A stretch of 62,765 bases of DNA, from positions 1 through 62,765 of the forward strand of contig CAMNMV010000002.1 in NCBI GenBank assembly GCA_946545015.1, read 5' to 3'. Both the position numbers and the translations under genes were made by a program. This document shows, piece by piece, positions 9,024 through 19,200 of this stretch. The stretch's first letter is position 1; every line of letters starts with the position of its first letter. This DNA comes from an uncultured Clostridium sp. GTDB lineage: Bacteria > Bacillota > Clostridia > TANB77 > CAG-508. The notes below the pieces were generated by a model. It was not told where the DNA came from and made no database searches. It was given only the letters and a program-made list of their open reading frames with translations.

Positions 9024-9737
9024 TTGGCATTAAAGATAAAGGACTTACCATTTGCAGAAAGACCATATGAAAAATTAGAATTATATGGAGAAAAGCATCT
9101 GTCAAATGCAGAATTATTAGCTATAATTATAAAAACTGGAACTAAAAGTGAAACATCATTAGAATTAGCACAAAAGATATTGAAATTAAATCAAAATACA
9201 AAAGAAGATGAATTAAATTTTTTAAGTAATATTAGCTTAGAGGAATTTATGCAAATAAAAGGTATAGGAAAAGTAAAAGCAATACAATTAAAAGCAGTTT
9301 GTGAACTATCTAAAAGAATGAATAAACCAACTAATTACAAAAAAATACAAATAAAAAGACCTGATGATATAGCTAAATTAATGTTTCCTGAATTAAAAAA
9401 TGAAACTAAAGAGATTGTAAAATTAGTGATGTTAGATAGTAAAAACATGATTACGAAAATATTAGATATAGCAGTTGGAGGAAACAATTTTGCTAATTTT
9501 TCTATTACTGAAATATTAGGAGAAACTTTAAAAGCAAAAGTACCCAAAATAATTGTTATTCATAATCATCCATCTGGGAGTTCTGAACCAAGTAAAAAAG
9601 ATATAGATGCTACAATTAATTTGTATACAGTTGCTAAAACAATGGGAATAGAACTTTTAGACCATATTGTGATTGGAAATATGGAATATACGAGCATAAT
9701 GAGCAAAATTGCAAATGAAATTAATAAAGATATATAA
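9024..9737 (+). CDS. radC: RadC-like JAB/MPN domain protein (TTG start)
   Basis: HhH-like N-terminus (LSNAELLAIIIKTGTK) and the JAMM motif HNHPSGSSEPSKKD. Confidence 0.85.
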   Translation: MALKIKDLPFAERPYEKLELYGEKHLSNAELLAIIIKTGTKSETSLELAQKILKLNQNTKEDELNFLSNISLEEFMQIKGIGKVKAIQLKAVCELSKRMNKPTNYKKIQIKRPDDIAKLMFPELKNETKEIVKLVMLDSKNMITKILDIAVGGNNFANFSITEILGETLKAKVPKIIVIHNHPSGSSEPSKKDIDATINLYTVAKTMGIELLDHIVIGNMEYTSIMSKIANEINKDI

Positions 9738-9763
9738 GATAAAACGTTTAGAGGGGAACAAAA

Positions 9764-10795
9764 ATGAAAATATTTAATTTAACTTCAAAAGATATTGGAA
9801 TTGATTTGGGAACGGCAAATATGCTAGTTACCATTAAAGGAAAAGGAATTGTATTAAATGAACCATCAGTAGTTGCAATAGAAACTAAAGATGGAAGTAT
9901 TGTTGCTACTGGAGAAGAAGCTAAAGAAATGTTAGGTAGAACTCCTGAAACTATAACAGCAATAAGACCATTAAAAGATGGAGTTATTGCTGATTTTACA
10001 GCAACACAATTGATGTTAAAAAACATTATTCAAAAAGTATCAAGAAAACATAAAATCGGGAGACCAAGAGTTGTTGTAGGAGTACCATCTGGAATTACTG
10101 AAGTTGAAGAAAGAGCAGTTGAAGAATCAGTATTGCAAGCTGGAGCGCGTGAAGTGTATTTAATTGAAGAACCTATGGCAGCAGCTATTGGCTCAGGATT
10201 AGATGTTGGTGAGCCAAGTGGAAATATGGTAATAGATATTGGTGGGGGAACAACGGAAGTTGCAGTAATATCTTTAGGGGGAATAGTACTTAGCCATTCA
10301 TTAAGAATTGCAGGAGATGAATTAGACGAAGATATAATAAATTACATCAAAAAAGAAGAAAATTTAATTATTGGTCAAACACAAGCAGAACAAGTTAAAA
10401 TGCAGATTGGATCTGCAATGCCATTAATGACAGCGATGAGTATGGAATTAAAAGGAAGAGATTTAGCAACAGGATTACCAAAAACAATATTTATAAATTC
10501 AAATCAAATATTAGATGCTATGGCAGAATCAATTGAAAAAATTGTGGAAGTAGTAAAAGCTACTTTGGAGAAGACACCTCCAGAATTAGCGGCAGATATT
10601 ATGCAAAAAGGAATAGTACTTACAGGTGGAGGAGCATTAATTAGAGATTTGGATAAAGTCTTAATAAGAGAAACTGGAATGCCTGTATATGTTATAGATG
10701 AACCATTAGATGCAGTTGTAAGAGGTACAGAAAAAGTACTTGATAACATCGAAAAATTAAAATCTGTATTAATGAATTCAAGAAGAAGAAGATAA
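9764..10795 (+). CDS. mreB: Rod shape-determining protein MreB
   Basis: [43 protein letters not shown] and [15 protein letters not shown]. Confidence 0.95.
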   Translation: MKIFNLTSKDIGIDLGTANMLVTIKGKGIVLNEPSVVAIETKDGSIVATGEEAKEMLGRTPETITAIRPLKDGVIADFTATQLMLKNIIQKVSRKHKIGRPRVVVGVPSGITEVEERAVEESVLQAGAREVYLIEEPMAAAIGSGLDVGEPSGNMVIDIGGGTTEVAVISLGGIVLSHSLRIAGDELDEDIINYIKKEENLIIGQTQAEQVKMQIGSAMPLMTAMSMELKGRDLATGLPKTIFINSNQILDAMAESIEKIVEVVKATLEKTPPELAADIMQKGIVLTGGGALIRDLDKVLIRETGMPVYVIDEPLDAVVRGTEKVLDNIEKLKSVLMNSRRRR

Positions 10796-10828
10796 GACTA
10801 AAACAAAAATAAGGAAGGAATGTGTTAT

Positions 10829-11641
10829 ATGTACAAGGAGAAAAAACACAAAATATGGGGAACAGTAATAGCAATAGTATTATTGATATTAATTGTTATA
10901 TTTTCAAACAATGATGGAGAAAATTCTGTTTTAGAAAATATAGGAAGTAAGCTTATAATGCCTTTTCAAAATGCTTTCACATATATTAGAAACCAAGTAA
11001 GCGGAAATAGCACATTTTTTTCTGATGTAAATTCATTGCAAGAAGAAAATGAAAGACTAAAGAAAGAAAATGATGAATTGCAAAAATCATTAAAAGAAAT
11101 TGAAAATATCAAAACAGAAAATGAAACATTAAAAGATTATTTGGGATTAACAAAAAAATATAGTAATTACAAAACAATACCTGGAGATGTAATAAATAAA
11201 GATATAAGCAATTACTCAAGAACAATTACTATCAATGTAGGATCTAAAGATGGAGTAAAAAAAGATATGACAGTAATAGCAGAAGCGGGATTAGTTGGAC
11301 ATGTTATATCGGTAACTGATAATACTGCTAAAATCCAAACAATAATAGATCCGGCAAGTTCAGTAAGTAGTATGCTAAGTACGACTAAGGAATCAATAAT
11401 CTGTAAAGGAACATTAGAAAATAAAACAACATTAAAAGCAATGTATATTCCTACTGAAGCAAGTGTTATACAAGGGGATACAATACAAACTTCAGGATTA
11501 GGAGGATTGTATCCAAAGGGATTACAAATAGGAACAATAAACAAAGTAGTTGATACTGAAAACTTAACTGATAGATATGCATTAGTGTCAATATCAGTAG
11601 ACTTTAATAAATTAAATAGTGTTTTAGTAATAGATCAATAA
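10829..11641 (+). CDS. mreC: Rod shape-determining protein MreC
   Basis: N-terminal TM, coiled coil (LQEENERLKKENDELQ) and a beta-rich C-terminus (GLVGHVISVTDNTAKIQTIID...SGLGGLYPKGLQIG). An alternative ATG lies at 10820. Confidence 0.8.
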   Translation: MYKEKKHKIWGTVIAIVLLILIVIFSNNDGENSVLENIGSKLIMPFQNAFTYIRNQVSGNSTFFSDVNSLQEENERLKKENDELQKSLKEIENIKTENETLKDYLGLTKKYSNYKTIPGDVINKDISNYSRTITINVGSKDGVKKDMTVIAEAGLVGHVISVTDNTAKIQTIIDPASSVSSMLSTTKESIICKGTLENKTTLKAMYIPTEASVIQGDTIQTSGLGGLYPKGLQIGTINKVVDTENLTDRYALVSISVDFNKLNSVLVIDQ

Positions 11642-11684
11642 ATTGATTTTAAAAATAAAAAATTATAAATAATGGAGGTGCCAA

Positions 11685-12218
11685 TTGAAAAGATTCATAA
11701 TAAATTTTAGTTTAATATTAATAGCATTTTTAATATATTTTTTGCAAGAAAACTTTTTTGATTGGTTTACTATTGCAGGAGTAATGCCTAATTTATTTAT
11801 AATTTTTATTTTGTTTATAGGTTTATTTACAGGAAAAAATAAAGGAACAGCTTATGGATTTGGAATAGGATTAATGTTAGATATAGTTGTTGGAAATAAG
11901 ATAGGAATATACACAATTGTATTAGGAGGAGTCGGATTTGTATCAGGGATTTTTGCAAAAAACTTTTCCAAAGATAGTAGATTAACAATAATGTTTATGG
12001 CAGCAGGATTAACAGCTGCATATGAAATAGTAGTATATTTATTAAACTATTTCATATTAGATACAAACTTAGAAATATTAATTTTTCTTAGAATATTAAT
12101 TTTAGAAGTTATTTATAACATATTATTAACAATAATATTATATCCATTATTAAAGAAATTTGGATATTATATAGAACATGAATATAATGGTGATAGAATT
12201 TTAACAAGATATTTTTAA
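11685..12218 (+). CDS. mreD: Rod shape-determining protein MreD (TTG start)
   Basis: Polytopic 177-aa membrane protein immediately after mreC. Confidence 0.7.
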   Translation: MKRFIINFSLILIAFLIYFLQENFFDWFTIAGVMPNLFIIFILFIGLFTGKNKGTAYGFGIGLMLDIVVGNKIGIYTIVLGGVGFVSGIFAKNFSKDSRLTIMFMAAGLTAAYEIVVYLLNYFILDTNLEILIFLRILILEVIYNILLTIILYPLLKKFGYYIEHEYNGDRILTRYF

Positions 12219-12276
12219 CAATATATAAATAAATATCAAGATAATATAACAATATAATGAAAGCGGAGGTGAAAAA

Positions 12277-14379
12277 TTGGCAAAAAAAGCAATCAGCAAA
12301 AATAATATAAATTTAAGGTTTAATATAGCTACAATTTTAACATATTTTGTTGGTATAGTTTTGATTGTACAATTGTTTAACCTTCAAATTGTTCATGGAG
12401 AAGAATATAGAGAACAATCTAATACAAGACTTACGAGGGAATCTTCGCTGGAAGCGGCAAGAGGAAAAATATTAGATAGAACAGGAAGTGTACTAGTAAC
12501 ATCAGAAACTACATTTGCAATAGAATTATATAAAAGTAAAGTAGATTCAGAAACTTTAAATAATTCGATGTTAGCAATAGTAAATACATTATCAAAATAT
12601 GAAAAGTATAAACCAGATACATTTCCAATACAAGTAAAACCATATAAATATACAATAGAAGGTGAAGAACTTGTTAATTGGCAACAAACAAATGGAATAA
12701 CAATAGGCAAAACTGCAGAACAAGTATTTAATGAATTTAAAGAAAAATATGAAATTAAAAACAAAAGTGTAGAAGATGCAAGAAAAATAATAGGTTTAAG
12801 ATATGAAATAGGAAAAAATGGCTATAGTAGTACAAGACCATATAGATTAGCAAATAATATGCCAAGAGAAGCTGTTTCAGAATTTTGTGAAAAAAGTGCG
12901 GAATTTCCGGGTATAAATATAGTTGTTGAACCTAAAAGACAATATACATCAGGGACAGTTGCATCACATATACTTGGATATTCAGGAAGAATTACTGAAA
13001 AAGAGTATGAATCTAGAAAAGATAGATATGATATAAATGATATAATAGGAAAAACAGGAATTGAATATGTATTTGAAGATTATTTAAAAGGTACAAACGG
13101 AATTAAACAAATAGATATGGGTGTAGATGGTACTGCATCAGGAGAATATGTTACACAAGATGCTATAGCAGGCTCAAATGTAGTACTAACAATCGATGCT
13201 AACTTACAAAAAATAGTTGAAAATGCATTAGCAACTAATATACAAAAAATAGCAAGTGGCGGTTTTGGAAAAACATATGATGCGCAAGCTGGTAGTGCTG
13301 TTGTTATGAATGTAAAAACAGGAGAAATATTAGCAATGGCGAGTTACCCAGATTATGATCCAAGCTTATTTATAGATGGAATAAGTACAGCTAACTGGAA
13401 CAAATACAATAATGATCCTAATAAACCACTTGTAAATAAAGCAATGCAAATGTCATATCCACCAGGATCTACATTCAAAATGGTATCTGCAATAGCAGCA
13501 TTGGAAAGTGGAGTAATATCACCATATGATAAAATAAATGATACAGGAATATATCATTTTGGAAACCAAGATTGGAGATGCTGGTATTATACTGATTATC
13601 ATACAGGTCATGGCTGGTTAGATGTATCGGGAGCAATAAAAAATTCATGTAACTATTATTTCTATGAAGTTGGAAATAGAATGGGAATAGATAACTTAGT
13701 TAAATTTGCTAAATATTTTGGATTAGGAAATAAAACAGGTGTAGAACTTAGAGGAGAAACTAAAGGTGTTTTAGCAAGCGTACAAGCAAAAGAAAAATTA
13801 GGAGAATCTTGGGTTCCAGGGGATATGCTAAATGCAGTAATAGGACAAGGACTAAATGAATTTTCACCACTTCAAATGGCAAAATATATTAGTACTTTAG
13901 CAAATGGCGGAAATAAAATTGATGTTTCAATCGTAAAAACAATTATAAATGCAGATGGTACTGAAGTCCCAAGAGAAGAAATAAATGAATATGTTAATAA
14001 AAAGTTAGGAATTGAACCAGAAGAAGATGATGGCATAGAATTGAATAAAGATTATCTAAATATAGTCTTAGGAGGAATGCAATCAGTTACACAAGAAGTT
14101 GGGGGAACAGCATATAATATATTCAAAGATTTCAGTATTAAAGTTGGTGGAAAAACAGGATCTGCAGAAGCTCCAGGAAATAAAGTCCATGCGTGGTTTG
14201 TTGGCTATGCACCATTTGATGATCCGGAAATTGCAATAGTAGTTATGGTTGAAAATGGAGGACACGGAAACTATACTGCTGAAGTTGTAAGAGATATAAT
14301 GGCAGAATATTTTGGAATGAATACACAAGATATACAAGAAGATATATCTGCTCAAGTATATACGGAAATACTAAATTAG
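12277..14379 (+). CDS. mrdA: Penicillin-binding protein 2 (class B transpeptidase, TTG start)
   Basis: N-terminal anchor, a dimerisation region and transpeptidase motifs (STFK in PPGSTFKMVSA, SCN in KNSCNYYF, KTG in GGKTGSAE). Confidence 0.9.
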   Translation: MAKKAISKNNINLRFNIATILTYFVGIVLIVQLFNLQIVHGEEYREQSNTRLTRESSLEAARGKILDRTGSVLVTSETTFAIELYKSKVDSETLNNSMLAIVNTLSKYEKYKPDTFPIQVKPYKYTIEGEELVNWQQTNGITIGKTAEQVFNEFKEKYEIKNKSVEDARKIIGLRYEIGKNGYSSTRPYRLANNMPREAVSEFCEKSAEFPGINIVVEPKRQYTSGTVASHILGYSGRITEKEYESRKDRYDINDIIGKTGIEYVFEDYLKGTNGIKQIDMGVDGTASGEYVTQDAIAGSNVVLTIDANLQKIVENALATNIQKIASGGFGKTYDAQAGSAVVMNVKTGEILAMASYPDYDPSLFIDGISTANWNKYNNDPNKPLVNKAMQMSYPPGSTFKMVSAIAALESGVISPYDKINDTGIYHFGNQDWRCWYYTDYHTGHGWLDVSGAIKNSCNYYFYEVGNRMGIDNLVKFAKYFGLGNKTGVELRGETKGVLASVQAKEKLGESWVPGDMLNAVIGQGLNEFSPLQMAKYISTLANGGNKIDVSIVKTIINADGTEVPREEINEYVNKKLGIEPEEDDGIELNKDYLNIVLGGMQSVTQEVGGTAYNIFKDFSIKVGGKTGSAEAPGNKVHAWFVGYAPFDDPEIAIVVMVENGGHGNYTAEVVRDIMAEYFGMNTQDIQEDISAQVYTEILN

Positions 14380-14426
14380 AGATTTCAACTTTAATATAAA
14401 TCAATAAAAAAGAAAGGATGTTTAAA

Positions 14427-15038
14427 ATGAAAAATTGTATTAACATTAATTTAAAAAAGAATGAACTAGTTATGAGAATTCAAGAAGATGCTAGCTATGA
14501 AAATATTATTGATAGTCTAAAGAAAAAATTACCAGAATTAAGAAAGCTATATAAGGATGATAAAACTCCAATAAGAGTTTCTGGTAAAATCTTGAAAAAT
14601 AAAGAAATAGATGAGTTACAAGATATGATAAAACAAGAAATTGATGTTGATATTGAATTTGATACACCAAAAACATTTGGATTAGCCGGAATAAAGAAAA
14701 CATTTAATCAAGAAATAGCTGTTTCTGAAACAAAATTCCATAGAGGTTCATTAAGATCTGGACAAAAAATGGAAGTAGAAGGAAGCATAGTAATAATGGG
14801 AGACGTCAATTCTGGTGCTGAGATAATGGCTTTAGATAATATAATTGTATTGGGAAACCTAAGAGGATTAGCACATGCTGGAGCAAAAGGAAATAAACAA
14901 GCTATTATAGCTGCTGAAGTATTTGATTCTGTTCAAGTAAGAATTGCAAATGTAGTAAAAGAAATAGATAGGGATGAAGAACCTTTACACAAAAACTCAT
15001 ATATTTATATACATGATGATAAAATTGTTATTGAATAA
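14427..15038 (+). CDS. minC: Septum site-determining protein MinC
   Basis: C-terminal beta-helix pattern GSIVIMGDVNSGAEIMALDNIIVLGNLRGLAHAGAKGN. An alternative ATG lies at 14418. Confidence 0.8.
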   Translation: MKNCININLKKNELVMRIQEDASYENIIDSLKKKLPELRKLYKDDKTPIRVSGKILKNKEIDELQDMIKQEIDVDIEFDTPKTFGLAGIKKTFNQEIAVSETKFHRGSLRSGQKMEVEGSIVIMGDVNSGAEIMALDNIIVLGNLRGLAHAGAKGNKQAIIAAEVFDSVQVRIANVVKEIDRDEEPLHKNSYIYIHDDKIVIE

Positions 15039-15045
15039 TGTTAGA

Positions 15046-15417
15046 TTATGATAATAAAAGTAGAATTAAACAAATAAATAACATTTCATCTTTTATTCCT
15101 TCAGTATACAAGAAAAACAAAATGCAAAAAATTAATATATCATCAGAATAAAATTTGAAACCTAAAAGGTTAATAGAAGATGTATTATTTTCATTATTGC
15201 AATTGTTTTTAGAAAAATTATCAGAAGAATTATTATGAGCGCTAGCGTTGATGTTAGTGTTGGCATTAATATTTGAATTGCAATTATTAACAGTACTACT
15301 AGAATTAATATTAGTAGTACTGTTTTTGCGTCTATTTGGAATTCTATAATATGGAAAATGCCAATAAGGCATACCAAAAGGAAAATAATTAGGCATTACC
15401 ATCATCCTTTTTATCAT
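15046..15417 (-). CDS. Asn-rich hypothetical protein with hydrophobic C-terminus
   Basis: Has an aromatic/Pro N-terminus (PNYFPFGMPYWHFPYY), an Asn/Ser/Thr low-complexity core and a hydrophobic tail. The start is uncertain (several ATGs between 15396 and 15417). Confidence 0.45.
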   Translation of the reverse strand: MIKRMMVMPNYFPFGMPYWHFPYYRIPNRRKNSTTNINSSSTVNNCNSNINANTNINASAHNNSSDNFSKNNCNNENNTSSINLLGFKFYSDDILIFCILFFLYTEGIKDEMLFICLILLLLS

Positions 15418-15913
15418 TTTTTAATATTTCAGCTACTTTAGAAAAATTCAATAAATTTACATATTGATCTAATTTTTCTTGTTTTGTTTGTCTTAAGTAA
15501 GGCTTTAACGAATAAAGTAAATTTGAACGTGGATCATCTGAATTATTCATATTTTCCATAACAGATTTCATTTTTAAAATTGTATTCATATCAATTTGGC
15601 TAAAATCGAAATTTTTTTTATTATTAGTGTTGTTATTAGCTTTGTTGCTACTATTATTACTATTATTATTAGCATTATAGTTTTTTTGATTATAATTAAT
15701 TGTTTTATATGTATTAGTAGTATTAGTATTATTAGTATTATTAGAGTTGTTCGAATTATTGGTGTTATTGTTGTTATTAGAATTCATCATTTTAGAAAAA
15801 TTTTCTATCATTTCAGGAGAAATTTTTGAAATTGCTTCTGAAATATTACCATTATCTACTAAATTTTTAATATTATTCATAGTTTCATTATCAAAATTAT
15901 TATCCAATATCAT
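15389..15913 (-). CDS. Asn-rich hypothetical protein with conserved-looking C-terminal helical region
   Basis: The ATG at 15913 follows a gaggtga SD. It has a poly-Asn core and a C-terminus reading DPRSNLLYSLKPYLRQTKQEKLDQYVNLLN. Confidence 0.5.
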   Translation of the reverse strand: MILDNNFDNETMNNIKNLVDNGNISEAISKISPEMIENFSKMMNSNNNNNTNNSNNSNNTNNTNTTNTYKTINYNQKNYNANNNSNNSSNKANNNTNNKKNFDFSQIDMNTILKMKSVMENMNNSDDPRSNLLYSLKPYLRQTKQEKLDQYVNLLNFSKVAEILKNDKKDDGNA

Positions 15914-16063
15914 CACCTCATAAGTTTTATTATTAATTATATGTGAAAACGTAATAAATGTTTCAAAAAATATAAAAAAATATGAAAAAATACGATATTT
16001 AATAAAATAAAAATAATATAAAACCTGTTTTACATAAAAAGTTAATAAATTTTTCCAAAAGTG

Positions 16064-16092
16064 TTGAAAAATGACTAAAAACAGTGTATAAT
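16064..16092 (+). promoter_or_regulatory. Consensus sigma-A promoter upstream of giant gene A1
   Basis: TTGAAA, 17 nt, TATAAT with an extended TGn. It predicts a ~180-nt 5' leader. A second weaker candidate (TTGACT, 16 nt, TATTAT) lies near 16216. Confidence 0.55.
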
Positions 16093-16276
16093 ATAAGTTA
16101 GGGTCAGTATGCAAATTGTGTGTAATATAAATGACATAAAAAATTAAACAAAATGTCAAAAAAACGGGAGAAATACTTCCGTAAAAGCATACAGTAGCAT
16201 CAAAAAAAGTATATTGACTTCTTTATAAAAAAATATATTATTATATTAAGTAATAAATTTTAAGGAGGAAAAATTT

Positions 16277-19200
16277 ATGGAAGGAAAATTATTACGAAAA
16301 CTAATTGCGTTTGTTTTAATACTATGTTTAACAGCAACTAATTTTATTTTTGCTGCAGTAAACACAGTATATGCTATAAGCGCATCATCAGAACTTGAAG
16401 GAGGAAATATTGTTTTTGAAGCATATTTTAAACAAGACGAAACAAAAGTTATAGACAAAACAGCATATGTTTCAGAAGGAGCTGATTTATATATCAACTT
16501 AGCAATCAAAGCTGGTAAATTACAAAATGCTAGTATAAAGATTGACAATGCCAATTTCAAGATAGAAAAAGATAAAGTTGATAGCAAATATGTTAAGGGT
16601 ATTAACACAGATACAAATGAAATTTTATTGAATGAAATAGGATATAGTGATGGACAAGCTGGAAGTGTAGAGATAAAACTACCAGTTAAATTTGAGGAGG
16701 CACAAAGAATTGACCTTTCTTATTTCTCAATGGAAAATAGTATAACCCTTTCAGGACATTATATAAATTCCTCTGAAAACGGAAAAGATATTAAAAGTGA
16801 TCCTATAAAAACAAGATTAACATGGAGTGAAAGTAGTATAAGTTACAATTGGGTTCCTACTGTAGAAAAAATAGTTTCTGCTGATAACAAAACTATTGTA
16901 CAAGTAAGCATAAATTCTATTTTAGATAAATTATACTTACCAAAAGAATCTGAAACTGTAACAATAAATGTTCCAAAAGTAGGAAATGTAACACCAAGCT
17001 ATACAGTATTAGTAAATGGAGAAAAATTAGATATTAGTAAAATAAATGATGATTTTGCAAATCAAAAAATATCATTTACAAATAATTTCGTAGATGGTAA
17101 TAGTATTTTATGGGATAAATCAGGAGATACATATAAAGTGATTTATGTATATGATAATACTGATTATTTAGAAAAACCATTAGAATTTAAAACACAAGTA
17201 ACAACAAAAGTATATAATAGAGAGGCAAAAACAAGTAATGAAATGAAAATGGCTTCAAATAAGCCACAAGGAACTATAGCATCAGTTACAGCTACTTCAT
17301 TATCAAATGAAGTATATAAAGGTTATATGTATGCTAATTCAGCAGAAACATTATATACAGAAAAATATGATTTAGAATTATCATATACAGATACAGTTGC
17401 AACATTTAAATTTGCTGAAGATAATTTTACAACTGAATCTCAAGAAAGAAAAATAACAAATGGAAAAACAGTTTATAAAGAATTAAAAATTAATAAAGCA
17501 AATTTAGTAAATGTATTAGGAACAACAGGAAGTTTAAAAATTGTAGATAAAAATATAATTGTAAATTCAAATACACAAGCTGATAAAGATGGAAATATCG
17601 TTATTAAAACAGATGATGCACATATTTTAAAATTAGACTTAATATCAGCTGAAAATGAAGGAACGATTAAAATATTTGCAACAAAAGCAATTCAAGGAAA
17701 TGCAGGTTATGATAAAGAAACATTAAAATCGATAAATGCCATAGAAACAACAGTAAAGGCATCTACAGATTTAGATCAAGAAGTTTCTACAGCAACAGCT
17801 AGAACAGAATTAAAAGAAACAACAACTGAAGCAACATTAGTTATGAATAATAACAATATATTATCAACAACAACAGCAAATGACATTGAATTTTTAGCAA
17901 CATTAAAAACAGGTACTATGGATACAGACTTGCTTAAAGCACCAACATTAAAATTAATATTACCTGAAGATGTAGATCAAGTTACAATTAAATCAGTTTC
18001 AGCATTATATGCAGAAGAAAAATTAAATGTAGCAGATCAACAAGTTGTTGAAGAAGAAGGAAGAAAAGTAATATTAGTAAAATTAGATGGTGAACAATTA
18101 AGTTATGACAACAAATTTATTGAAGGTATTAAAGTTACAATTAATACAGAAATAACATTAAAAGAAGGAACAACATCTAAAGATGATGTTATTACAATGA
18201 AATATACAAACGAGAATAGCACAGAAAAAGAATTTGAAACACCTATAAAAGTATCAATTCAAGCACCATATGGATTAATGACAACAGCTACAGCAAATGC
18301 TGAATTTGAAGGAAAAACTGCAGATGAAACAATTTCAGCACAAGCTATAAACAATTATGGTAAAGTAATAGAAAATTTATCATTTATTGGAAATATGCCA
18401 ACTGTAGAAAAATCTAAAGAAGATTTTGAAAATTCAATTAAAGATAGCTTTAAAGCAACAATTGGAGAAACAGTAGTTGATGCAAATTCTATAACAATAA
18501 AATATTCTAAAGATGGAAAAGAATGGACAGATGATATAGAAGATGCAAAACAATATAAAATAGTACTTGGTGAAAATACAAAATTAAATGCAACAGAAAA
18601 ATTTGAAGTTGCTTATACAATAGAAGTATCACAAGTAATAACAGGACATAAAATAGCTTATACACTTGATGGTATGGAAAAAGTTGATGAATTAAAAGAA
18701 AAAGTAACTGTAAAAGGATTAGAAATACCAGATTCTGAACCAGATCCAGACCCAACACCAGTAGAACCAGTAGTAAATGAAGATGGACTTTCAGTTACAA
18801 TGACAGCAGCATCAGCAAATAAAACAATTACCAAAGATGATGAATTAACAGCTGGTCAAGTAATAAGATATTCATATGTAATTAAAAATACTTCAGAAAA
18901 TGCAATTGAAAATGTAAAATTTGAAGCAGAACATACAAATACAAATGTATTTGAATATAAAACAGATAAACAAACAAATACAATAAAACCAGATGAAGAA
19001 ATTAGCTTTACATTTGAAAAAGAAGCAGATGGAAAATCAACTGTTGAAAAACAAATTGGAACTTTAGAAGCAGGAAAAGAAATAAAACTTACATATCAAG
19101 CAAGAGTTAAAGAAAATGCAAATAAAGTTGAATCAACAGTAGTAGTTACAGGAAAAGATGTAGAAGAAATCAAAATAGAATCTGCAAACGACGTAAAATC

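Noticed and set aside
16176-16184. TTCCGTAAA blocks as the -10 (CGTA) of an ECF-sigma promoter.
   Set aside because: No AAC-type -35 lies at the required ~16-nt spacing in any of the three leaders. Leader 1 has AAAAAC at only 14 nt, and leaders 2 and 3 have none.
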